Made by a program: the position numbers and the translations under genes. This document shows, one piece after another, positions 53,036-64,000 of a stretch of DNA of 64,000 bases. The first letter of the stretch is position 1. Each line of letters starts with the position of its first letter. The stretch is from the NCBI RefSeq assembly GCF_006345805.1, contig NC_043005.1:53816001-53880000 (forward strand), given 5' to 3'. The notes below the pieces were generated by a model that ran no database searches, was not told the origin of the DNA, and saw nothing but the letters and a program-made list of their open reading frames with translations. Origin of the DNA: Octopus sinensis (Eukaryota).

Positions 53036-54827
53036 AAGGAATTAGTACAAACGATAAAAACATGAGACAGGACAAACCAAAAATAATGAAGATTTAACCT
53101 TCTTCAGCTGTCTCATTAATGGTTATAGCAGTTTCGACACCTCTAGGTAGAAAAGAGTACCTTAGAGCATCAACAACTTTAAGATACCTTGGTTAGACTA
53201 CTAATAGAATGGAAATGAGCCAATAAGAGGAAAACCATTTATTTGAGTCTTTGTTACTCAAATAAAAATACAAGGGTGAAAAAGATATATAGTGACGACA
53301 ACAAAAAAATGATATGAATAATAGGTCTGTTCACTATAAATTTAAGTATAGCACAATTCGTTTTAAACATAAAAATTAAGTATTTCTCAATTGCTATGAA
53401 TATAAAACAGAACAAAGAATATCAAACAATAGCAGAAGTACTACACGAATGGTATGGAGAATATATAATAAGTTGTTGGATGATGTCTTTGTGCAAGTAA
53501 CTGCATAGAGGATACAGTTGAAAGCAAAAATAGATTAGTAGCCAAAATGGAAATAAGAAATGATGAGATAGAAACAGGAAGCAAAGTTTGAATGGTGACA
53601 TATTAGAGAGAGATAGAAGAGAGAGGGGTAAAAGAGAAGGAGAAAAGTACAGAAAGAGACAGGAAGTAGAAAAGATCACAGCAATCAAAACAAACAGATC
53701 AATGTGACACAGTGTTCAAGGCTAGATTTTTGAATAACCATTACAGTCTATCGGTAAAAAATGTCAGGACACTGTCCTGGAAAACGCTTGTCAGTGTGGA
53801 AAGACCAACGTAATATAATGATGACAATAACAATATGATGATGATGATGAGAATGATGATGGGGGTTGGGGTAAATATAGCAGCATCACTTTTATTCTCA
53901 AAAAAATTCTCAAAATGCTTATCCCTGTTTGTTTGGTTCTAGAAGGAATCCAGTCCTGTTGCATTTGAAACATATTGGAGTAGCGTAGACCTTGTTCAAT
54001 TGTATCAACTTCTCATTAGAGATTACTTTATGATCTGTATTTAAGCCCCAAACTTTTTATCCTATTTGCTAACTCAGGTGCGCAATGCAAAAAGATCTGA
54101 GCTTTTGAATTCCTGCGGGTACGCTTGAAAAATATTTATTCCATATCTTTTCCCATTTTTAATTTTAACTTTTTAATTTTTTAAAAAGTCTACTTGTTAA
54201 TTTCTGTGACCTTACGCCGTCGTTTTCATATCATCTTTACTTCACTATACTGAATATTTTTATCATATTGAGGTTATTTCTCTTGGCCGGAATGCCTATT
54301 TAGCGCATTTCGTATTTTGCATTTTATTATCTTCGTGGACAAACTTCTCTTATATAGTTTAATTTCTGTTCCTTTGCACCTGTTAATCTCCGTGGATTTC
54401 AGATTCTAATTTTAAGTTCAAATTTATTTTATTTTTCTTTGCATTTCGTTATTAATGGCCTTTTTCTTGACTTCTATTTATAATCATATACGCTTATGTC
54501 ACCCCTACACACACGTATTATTATATGCCTTTGATATTTTACTTACATCGTTATACTAATTGACTTTTTCATTTCACTGATCTTCTTTTCTCTCTTTTTT
54601 TCTATTTGTCCTAATTCTACTCTCTCGTTCATTGTCATCTTCCTTTTGTTTTTCTCTTTTCATTCCTATCTCTTTCTCTTTCAGTGTTATACACACACAC
54701 ACAGAGTAGTTAAGAAAATAGGTCGATTTAATTTATTGCTCTTCGCTTCCCAAATTTCAGACCAGGCTACAGTGATCAACAAACAACTCCTTACACTAAC
54801 TTTCAAAACCAAAGTTTTAATACTCCT

Positions 54828-55752
54828 ACTACTACTACTATTTCCTCTTTATCACAAGTTTTGTTGGAGCTCCTGAAGTCTTGCATGCGTAGCGGGCTTA
54901 CTACCTGCAGCCTACGGTACCATGCTATTCGTTCTTTTCAGCTATCTAATACTTTCCTGATTATTCTGGCTGTGCCAATGAGGCAAAACCTTTTGCAACA
55001 GTTCTACTGGACACTATATTCCAATCTCCTTTATATTCCTATTCATACCTTCTGATGCTGCTTCCTAAGAGCTCAACAATAACTGGCACTATCTTCACCT
55101 TATTCATTTTCCATAACTGGACTATTTCGTACTTAAAAGAGTTGTATCTATCTGTCTTTTCGTCTTCCTTCTTGACTATTCGTGGGTCAAAGGGGCATGC
55201 AACGTCAACTATATAGTATATGTGGTGCGCTTTGTCCACCACCACTAGATCCTGTCTCTTATGCTCTAACACCTGATCTGTTTGGATTGGGAAATCCCAA
55301 AGGATTTTGCTAGTGTGCAACTCCGCCGCTCTCTACGGTTTGTGCTCAACCACGTCTTACCTTTCTCTAGCCCCCACTTTCGCAGTGTCCAATGTAGCAC
55401 TTTCGCTACCTGGCCATGTCGCCACAACTTGTGATGATTTGGGGCAAGTCTTGAGCAATCGTTCGTGATATGGGCAATGGTTTCATACACTCTATTGTAG
55501 ATGTGACACAGTGGAGACTCTTGTTCCAGTTCGTGGCCAAGTATAGTGCTCTCGGTCAATTTTTTTAGGGTTCCAATCCCACCTATTTTTCCAGCAACTT
55601 CTGTTGTGGCTACATGGTATTGATTGTGTAGAACCTTGTTGTGTAATTCTTCTTCATATCTTTTTTGTACTTCTTCCTTTGTTTTGCCTTTTTTCTGCTC
55701 TCAATATTCCCTCGTTCCTGACTGTCACTAGTAAAGTTTCCATAATTTGGGA
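54828..55752 (-). mobile_element. R4/Dong-like (RLE-type) non-LTR retrotransposon 3' fragment
   Basis: Minus strand LH.QY, TESTI, a decayed CCHC knuckle (LCHI...ETIAHI..DC..LA...RH..VAK.LHW), KILWDFPIQTD...DLVVVDK...VDVACPFD (PD-(D/E)xK type), PVIV..LG, GTARIIRKVL; (TAG)n tail. Confidence 0.9.
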
Positions 55753-55806
<54 letters not shown>

Positions 55807-55830
55807 CATCATCATCATTATTATTATTAT
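55753..55830. repeat. (TTA/TCA)n microsatellite
   Basis: Read directly. Confidence 0.95.
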
Positions 55831-56099
55831 TTCTCGATTTTGTAAGTATGATTTAATCAATTACAATATCGTATGCAGAATATTGTTGGAGTAAAAAAAA
55901 TTCTTATCAGCAAAGGTTAATTCTATTACTTTTCTTTCTTTCTTTCTTAACACTGAACCTAATCACAGAGATAGTTACCTTCATTAACTTCGTTACAATA
56001 TTACAATTCTTAAATCGCTAACAATTATTCTTTGACTCTATGTAAGAAATATTATCTATTTTATTTTACTAAAAATATCATCGGTAAAAGAAGAAAGCC

Positions 56100-58255
56100 C
56101 ATTCTTTAAACAATTATATACTAGTATTCAACTTTTTGTCTACTTCTGAAATACATCAAGTCTTTAGGAGACACAGGAAAATGTTTAACATAAGGATAAG
56201 ACTTTATCGTAGGACTAGCAACAAATTTGTTTATACTTATCAGTTCATTTATTTGTTGAAGGGGATGAATATATTTGCTATGACAAGTAATTCGTACAGT
56301 ATTCTCTTCACAAACCCTGCAAAGTCTAATGCATTGTATGGATTCTTCATTTTGTAAAATAAATGGCTGGTCATGAGACAATACTTTCCAGTTAATGCTA
56401 AATAGTGTATTTTTAACTTTAGTGTCCATATATATTTAGATAGTGATGTGTCAATTTTTTCACTTTGTGTTTCAGAAAGTATGAATATGTTGGTTGTGTG
56501 GTATTTCGTACCGCTTTGCTGTTGGCCTAGTATATGTGAATACAGTTGATATATAATTCGTGGTTCCAGTTGGGCTATCGATTATATTATTTGTGAGGCA
56601 ATTTCCTTTCAGAGAGCAGGATAAAGAATTATTACAGTTTCAATTAATGATGCCAGGTGTGTGGTTTTGTTTTTCATACTTTGAAAGTTTTTGTGGTTAT
56701 AATTTGCTATAGCTATTTCGCAGTTGTTAACTGTGGAGTCTGATATTTTTATGTTGTATTTGTTTATTAGACTGTGGTACCTGTGGTTTGGGTGGAAGTG
56801 TTTTTGGAGCATTTGGCTGCAAAAGAGATAACTGAATCAGATCATTTTGCTTTCCTATTTTATGTTTTGGGATTATTGTGGATGCGATATTAATTATGTA
56901 GTGTACTTTTCCCTGTAGTTGTTGCTACGAACAGCTTCTTTATATGGACTTGTTATTTCATTGGACATTTTTATTGGAACAGAAAGAAGAGAGCCTTTAC
57001 AAACAGTTCTTGGATAGGATTTTTAACTATACAGGGTGGGTGGGTGGAGAGTAACAAGGCATTAGAAATTGCTTAAAGAATTTAGTATCACTGAATTCAT
57101 GACGGAAACATTTTTTAAAACAGACAACACTAATGGGAATTTCTTATTTTTATTGTCTTATTTCTTATTTTCCAGATGTCCAGTCGCTTGACTGTTCAGG
57201 AGCGAGCTAAGACAGCAGCACGCTATGAAGTGTGGAATTCCATTGTTTTGGTTTAGAGATAGTGGCGTGCATGGAACACTACATCGTGCAAAGCTGATGA
57301 CCACAGACTCTGTGAACGTTGCAACAAGAAGTGGCTGTCCAACTACATCCCAATCAGCAGCGAAGGACGAGGCAACAATGCAGGAAATGTTTAATTACAG
57401 CCCGCAAAAATCAACACGTCAAGCAGCTCGTGAAAGTGGACTAACAAGACATACAATGCGTAGAGTGTTGCATAAAGAATTGGATTTTCATCCGCGGAAA
57501 CCGCATTACGTGCAGGAGCTAAAAACCTAAAGACTGACCGCAGAAGTCCAGAACGCCGGAACTCCAAGAAGTCCAGATCTCACTCCATGTGATTTTTGCC
57601 TGTGGGGTTACACAAAAGATGAGCTGTACAAGACAAAACTTCTCACACCGGAGGACTTGGAGACACGGATTCAGGAGGTCCTCAATGATCCTTCAGAAGG
57701 TTGTTCATTCCATCTGTGGTCGTTCGAGGAAACTGGTTGACGCCACCGGTGCTTAAGTTGAAATATGAAGATTTACTTTCATTTTCCCATGTGATAAAGA
57801 ACACATATGATTTGTTGCAATAAATTTGTAAAAAGAATATGGATCCTATTACCAATTTTTAATGCCTACTTACTTTTCACCTATCCCGTGCTTTTAGGAT
57901 TCTTGGACTGTCTCTGCATAAAATGGAACATTTTCGTTTTCATTTTTATATGGTTTATAAACAGAAGATTCTAAACACAGAGTGACATCGACAGAGTTGA
58001 CTGATTTAAGATGTGTGACTACGGAAATGGAGATACCTAAGTTTTTAAAGAAGAGACATAATTCTTGCCCAATTTTAACGTTTTTGTTTTAGATTAAAAT
58101 TTCTTAGGATGACTGGATAATCATCTCTGTAGAGGTCACCTCAAAGAACACATCTTTGCATAATGTTGATGGTACAGATAGGCCGAAACTTAAAAGCCAC
58201 TGTAAAATTTTGATAAATGTTTACTCTACTAAAAATTAGTGTGTCATCCTTCAGA
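56100..58255 (-). mobile_element. Decayed Penelope-like element (RT + GIY-YIG), split by a mariner insertion
   Basis: 58255-57891: LYRDD, VNSVDVTL, VYKPYK. 57031-56100: KHFHPNHRYHSLIN..IKIS, C.LKGNCL, TSLSKYIW, SINWKVL, C.LC, NELIS. Homology continues across the insert. Confidence 0.85.
57032..57890 (+). mobile_element. Internally deleted Tc1/mariner element
   Basis: Imperfect TIRs (cagggtgggt..agagtaacaaggcattagaaattg / caatttttaatgcctacttacttttcacctatccc); MSSRLTVQERAK..., SPQKSTRQAARESGL...ELDFHP.KP..VQEL, PRSPDLTPCDFCLWGY.KD. Confidence 0.9.
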
Positions 58256-58488
58256 ATAATGTTCAACATTTTATACATAACTTGACATAAAACAAAAATA
58301 CACACACACATATATACATGTAGGGAGGAATCTGTATGTCTGTGTAAACGATGTGTGTATAATGATGCAAACTTCTTAACTACATGACCATACACATAGG
58401 TAACTATCTATATTCATAAAATTACCGAAGGTTTCATGTAAGACTTTCTTTTGTCTCATAGAGACCAGACTTTCCTTACGATACGAGC

Positions 58489-58519
<31 letters not shown>

Positions 58520-59106
58520 AATGCTTAGGGGCGCCTCACGTGTATATATGCTTGCTCATATGTCACTTTTATCTATATTTTTTGTCTCAGACATAGAACT
58601 GCAATTATGCTGATGCACTGTCTTATTTCAAGATTTCTAAATTTATCAGATCAATATATCAACCCTAGTATATATTTCAAAAGGAAAATTCTCTAATTTG
58701 ACAAAAGGGCTGCAGTACAACATGCCCTTACTCCGCTATACACAAACAGCGGATGCGTTTTCTAACAGAGGAACTTAAACAGAGTTTCTTTGATTGGCAA
58801 TTGCTTACTTTACATTCTAGAAAAGTAGGATGTGATTTGGGAGAGATTTGCTGACTTTCTCGTTGAACAAACAAAACGAAATTTTATATCGTATGAAATA
58901 TGAAGAGTGTTCTAACACTATATGTGACCTGAACTGTTTTGAAGATGAATACTTAATTAAACTAGAAAGTATTGATCATTTCATAAAAATATACAATAAT
59001 CTACTTCAGTACAAATCCAATAATCTAATTAAAAAATGAATTAACAAAAAACATTTCCAATGGGAATATGTTTTGTCTAGAATTTGTAGAAGCGTGAGTC
59101 TGCATG

Positions 59107-59154
<48 letters not shown>

Positions 59155-59409
59155 TGTACGTATATATGTATATATGTGTGTATGTGTTCGTGTATGTTTG
59201 TAAGCGCGAATGTTTACCAAACATTTTTTTGCAATATTTCATTTATAAAACACTTATAAATATTATTGACATATAATATATATTGTTTTAGAATAGTGAC
59301 ATATGTAGATGATAATAACTTGATGTCACGCAAAATAATGTTAAAAGCAAATTGAATATATATACTCGTATATAAAGTTAGGTTGGTAGAGAGAAAGAGA
59401 GAAATCTAC

Positions 59410-59440
<31 letters not shown>

Positions 59441-59444
<4 letters not shown>

Positions 59445-59918
59445 AGATAAATTCTAATGCCAAATATGCCGAAACAAAAAATTGTTGATAACCATTATAA
59501 TTAATGCGTCTCGAAAACAAACCGATAGAAATCTCTAAAAAATTCGTTATTACCGTATTGGTCCAATTTCGGGGTTAATTCATAAGAAATTTTCTCCTTT
59601 TCAGCGGCAAATACGCGAGATATAAATACTTACTCATACCCATGGAAACAGCAAGCACTAAGTCCTGAGCAGACTTAAGTACCCCAAATATTTTTTCCAT
59701 GGGTATGAGTAAGTATTTCATTTATATCTCGCGTATTTGCCGCTGAAGAGGGGAAAATTTCTTATGAATTAACCCCGAAATTGGACCAATACGGTAATAA
59801 CGAATTTTTTAGAGATTTCTATCGGTTTGTTTCGAGACGCATAAATTATAATGGTTATCAACAATTTTTTGTTTCGGCATATTTGGCATTAGAATTTTTC
59901 TTCTGCCCTTATCTTGTA
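59441..59918. mobile_element. Fold-back element/MITE with ~210-bp near-perfect inverted arms
   Basis: TA|caagataa...catggaaa (to 59648) pairs with tttccatg (from 59694)...ttatcttg|TA. Confidence 0.92.
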
Positions 59919-60022
59919 AATTATGTATAAATTTTACCTTTAAAGGCATTTTTTGATATGCTAGCCATTGATAAAATTTTTTTCCCGAAAAAAATTTTAT
60001 CGTATATTAATTATATATATAT

Positions 60023-60101
<79 letters not shown>

Positions 60102-60108
<7 letters not shown>

Positions 60109-61010
60109 AGAAATTAAATATAATTACAAAATGGGACAAGAACGCAAAAACACACAAAGAGACGACACAAAAAAACAGACGGGTCATTCGAAGCCTCTAA
60201 TCTTCAGTCAGGAACCGGATCATCTTAGCAATTTCGGCTGATTAATCCTGATATCGCTCCGATCCGGCCAGCCCCAAAGAAAAACTAACCCACGGGCATT
60301 AGATCTCTTGGAAAGAGGATCGAATGTATACGAAACTAGGACAGGATGCCACACGAATATAAATACAAGAAATAAAAAATACGAATAGTAATAACAAGAC
60401 AAAACCTACGGGTGTCTTACGACTTCAGACAATTTTTAACTTATCTTGGCTGGCGTATTTGAAAAAATGCCTTTCCGGCAAACGAAGACAACAGTGTTAA
60501 CATGGCAGCGGTCAAGCCGGAAAGACCAGTTTGAAGGCAGTTACGTGAGAGGACGGAAGAGAGAGAAAGAAAAGCAGGGGGCAAGGAATCAAAGAGAGAG
60601 AGAAAGAAAGGGACGAAGGCACCAAGGGGGAGAGAGAGAGAAGGAAGGAATTAAAGAGGGGAGAAGAAACAGGATTGGCTTAGCAATAGAAATAATGGTG
60701 CAAAGTAAGAAAGACGGAGAAATGTGATAGAGTGGGGGAAGAATCAGAGGCAAGGAAAGAGAAAGACACATACTATAGAGAAAGTGTGTGTAAAGAAGTC
60801 GTACAAGGTGGAATGTGCATACATAGGAGATAGGGGTACGTTACGCCGCAATAATATATGTATAGAAATTAAATATAAATTACAAAATGGGACAAGAACG
60901 CAAAAACACACAAAGAGACGACACAAAAAAACAGACGGGTCATTCGAAGCCTCTAATCTTCAGTCAGGAACCGGATCATCTAAGCAATTTCAGCTGATTA
61001 ATCCTGATAT
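60102..61010. repeat. ~153-bp direct repeats (60102-60254 and 60857-61010) flanking a purine-rich interior; Penelope pLTR-like
   Basis: Near-identical copies (few substitutions). Confidence 0.9.
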
Positions 61011-61095
61011 ATATATATATCAATTTTTATACACAGTTACAAATGAGCTACTAATAGATTCATGTTTTATGATACATTGAATTGGCAGATATATA

Positions 61096-61325
61096 TATTT
61101 CTTTACTGCCCACAAGGGGTTAAACACAGAGGGGACAAACAAGGACAGACAAAGGGATTAAGTCGATTACATCGACCCCAGTGCGACACTGGTACTTTAT
61201 TTATCGACCCCGAAAGGATGAAAGGCAAAGTCGACCTCGGCGGAATTTGAACTCAGAACGTAACGGCAGACAAAATACCGCTAAGCATTTCGCCCGGCGC
61301 GCTAACGTTTCTGCCAGCTATGCCA
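61096..61325 (-). mobile_element. SINE family A, young copy
   Basis: Close reverse complement of 14159-14395. Confidence 0.95.
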
Positions 61326-61584
61326 TGTATCTCCTAGCAATCTTTCAGGCTCAGTTCATAACGTTAGACGTATCTAAAAACGAGGACGCTAGACTATGAG
61401 AGAACATGAGAAAAAATAAACGAGAAAACTTTGAAGATAGGTGGCGCAAAAATTGGAACGTTTTAGTAGGTGCAAGCACATGGAGAGATTTCTTTTGTCG
61501 AACTGGAGAAAACCACCCACTTCGGATTGAGTAACTATCTTGCAGATTTTCGCCTCTTTTCTGTTATATTATTCTGTATCAGCT

Positions 61585-61619
<35 letters not shown>

Positions 61620-64000
61620 GAAACAGAGTCAGAGAGAGAGTGTGTGTATATTTAGCTCATGAAGTGATGTTTACTTGTCAATATTTCAATTCTGTTTTGT
61701 TTTTAATTGTTATTTACTTGGGATCAAAGATATTTCCTCGGGTTAAAATGTAAACATGGACAGGAAAAGCATTTCAGAGAACATAGTATATTGTGAAATG
61801 TTTGTTTTTGATGCATTCTGGGGCCGAAAAGAGGAACATGCTTAGATATCAGAAGAAAGACTTTGGGTTATGCTGCTTGATTGTTTAGTGTAGCAAAATC
61901 CATTTGTTTGCCAGTTAAAAGTAGTCAAAAAAACCTCTTGTAGCTGGAGGGAGTTTGCAAGCTTTTAATGAAGCTATATGAAACAGATTAAACTAGAACT
62001 ATGATAAAGGGGGAGAAATACCCTTCGCCAAACAAGTAAAAAGAGAGAGAGTGGGAGAGACAGGGAGAGAGATAAACAAATGATGCTTACTTTTCATTAA
62101 TGCTAATGAATTAGCCTTCATATTACTCTTATAATATTTTTTTGCTCACCGTGGTATGTATTAAAGCATGTTCTTACTTATCTGTTCTGTATCAAAACGC
62201 ACTCTTCAGCTATTTTCCAATGCCTTTATAATTACTTATGAGTGTGTAGCAGCTTGTATATGTCTCTTTCATGTCTCTGTAGATGGCTTACATCCTTTCT
62301 GTAATATTCTGAGTGCCACAAAGTAATTCCAGTTATAAGGTGTTAATTTTTAATGCTATAACTGTAACAGTAATAAATAACCATTGGTTATTACTCGTTT
62401 CATTGTACATCCCTGAGTTAGGTACTTTTAATATAGTTAAACTTTTGCATAAAAAATAACATATTGACTCATTGTAAAATCCTTAACTTTTCTAAGAGAG
62501 AATTTTTTGCTTCACACTATCTAAGACGATTGATATAAACATTTTTTCTCCTGTATTTCCTATGTTTGTTGATGATGTTAACTTTTACTTAGACTGTTTT
62601 TGTGAGTTGTAATAATCTTTTTTTCATGTTTTACCCAAGATAAAATGTTCAAGCTTTGATTCCATTACATTGCTTTTCAATTATCTTAATCCATCTCATT
62701 ATTGTTTTGCTATATATTTAAAGAAAGAAAATACTTCAGAACAGCGAAAAATTCCTTTATAAAATCAGTTTGTTTGGTTTTTTTTGTATCTTTTTTTTTT
62801 TTTTGATGATGATAAAATTAACAAAATATATACTTATCAAACTTTCTTCATTGTGTCTAATTTTAAGTTAGCACCAGTATTTCACAGAAGAAAACAACAA
62901 AACGTTTGCTTTTTTCTGCAGTTAAAAACAAATTTCAAGCCATAAAAATACACTGAACAAAAATAAAAAGATAAACCGTTTTTTTATCATTCTTATCACT
63001 ATTTCCACCAGCTTCAGTTTTACAAAAATACTTTTCTGATTGAATAGAGATGGATTAACAAGGAATGATTTAAACAGAAATCAAGTGGACACTTTTCTAA
63101 TTATTCTAAATTGAAATTTGCTTCTTTTATTTTTCAAACCCATTCAAACCATAGAACACAGCGCGATTTTTTCTACAGATTACTCATTTCCATATTAATT
63201 GGAGAAAGATTCACTTCCTCCAATATTTACTGTAAATCTTGTTATTAACCATCATAGAATAGATTTAATAGTATACAAGCAGCAAATTCAGATAAGGACA
63301 ATAATAGTTGTTTGCAATCAGTGAAATAGGTGCAGTTGGTCTGTTTTCTTTACAAACCTATGATTCAAGTATTAATCAAATTAGAAGCATGAGTTAAATC
63401 TGAAATTGGTCTTACTATATATCCCTAGGCTCTGAGTCTGAATGAAATGATTTATTTGATAGTAACAAAGGATATTCCTGAAGAATATTGCCTTCCAGAA
63501 ATAACATAAATTGATTCGTATACATTTTTCCTTACAAAATAATATAATAGTTTTCCTACAAACCTGTTGTAAATAAATAGTGTTTTAATTTGGAACATAT
63601 AAGCTCTGATAAAAACAATGTGCTATAATTAAGCCATGTTGTCAATTACATGCCAATAATGCAGACACTGTTTTCTTTCACTGCAATGTTTCATTTGTTT
63701 ACCTTTCTCAACAACATTGAAAACAGCTTTGTGTTTCGTGTTAGCAGCTGCTGTTTCTTGTTTAACAAAATCGTGTGTGTGTGTGTGTGTGAGAGAGAGA
63801 GTGTGTATGAGTGAGTGTGTGTGTGTGAGAGAGAGTGCGCACATGCGTGTGTGTGTGTGTGTACATACCAAGAATGAATTCTGTTCCTTTTATTAAAGAT
63901 GCCAAAGCTTCAGAAATGTTATCGTGGAAATAGTTTACTGAGACTAGTTTTATTTATAGCTTGACAATTATTGTTTTGTGAATTAAATGAGTCATTTAGC

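Noticed and set aside
61790-62040. Protein-like stretch (DAFWGRKEEHA*ISEERLWVMLLDCLV*)
   Set aside because: Multiple stops and no recognisable motif; at most consistent with decayed coding sequence.

Overview
Eukaryotic, strongly AT-rich, repeat-saturated genomic DNA. The dense (TA)n/(CA)n/(TATG)n/(ATG)n/(TAA)n microsatellites and the SINE families look like a coleoid cephalopod, most likely Octopus; this is pattern recognition, not a database result. I can identify no intact, nameable protein-coding gene. Most ORFs in the track are translated microsatellites or antisense shadows of transposons. Recognisable content: many tRNA-type SINE copies and RTE-tail repeats; decayed RTE, CR1/L2-like and R4/Dong-like LINE fragments; a Penelope-like element split by a Tc1/mariner insertion; further mariner, pogo and hAT remnants; MITEs; Helitron/Helentron-like elements; and one U6 snRNA retrocopy. 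Most interesting observations: (1) a U6-RTE chimeric retrocopy nested inside a SINE (28.19-28.34 kb); (2) a type I hammerhead-ribozyme-like motif whose 3' half is sequestered in a 46-bp perfect inverted repeat (29.5 kb), with further degenerate hammerhead-like motifs elsewhere; (3) several + strand exon-like segments that each carry one in-frame TAG/TGA (decayed gene versus recoding); (4) a G.U-biased 50-bp hairpin at 19.3 kb; (5) several old local duplications. All exon models are low-confidence hypotheses, and the ends of many repeats are approximate.
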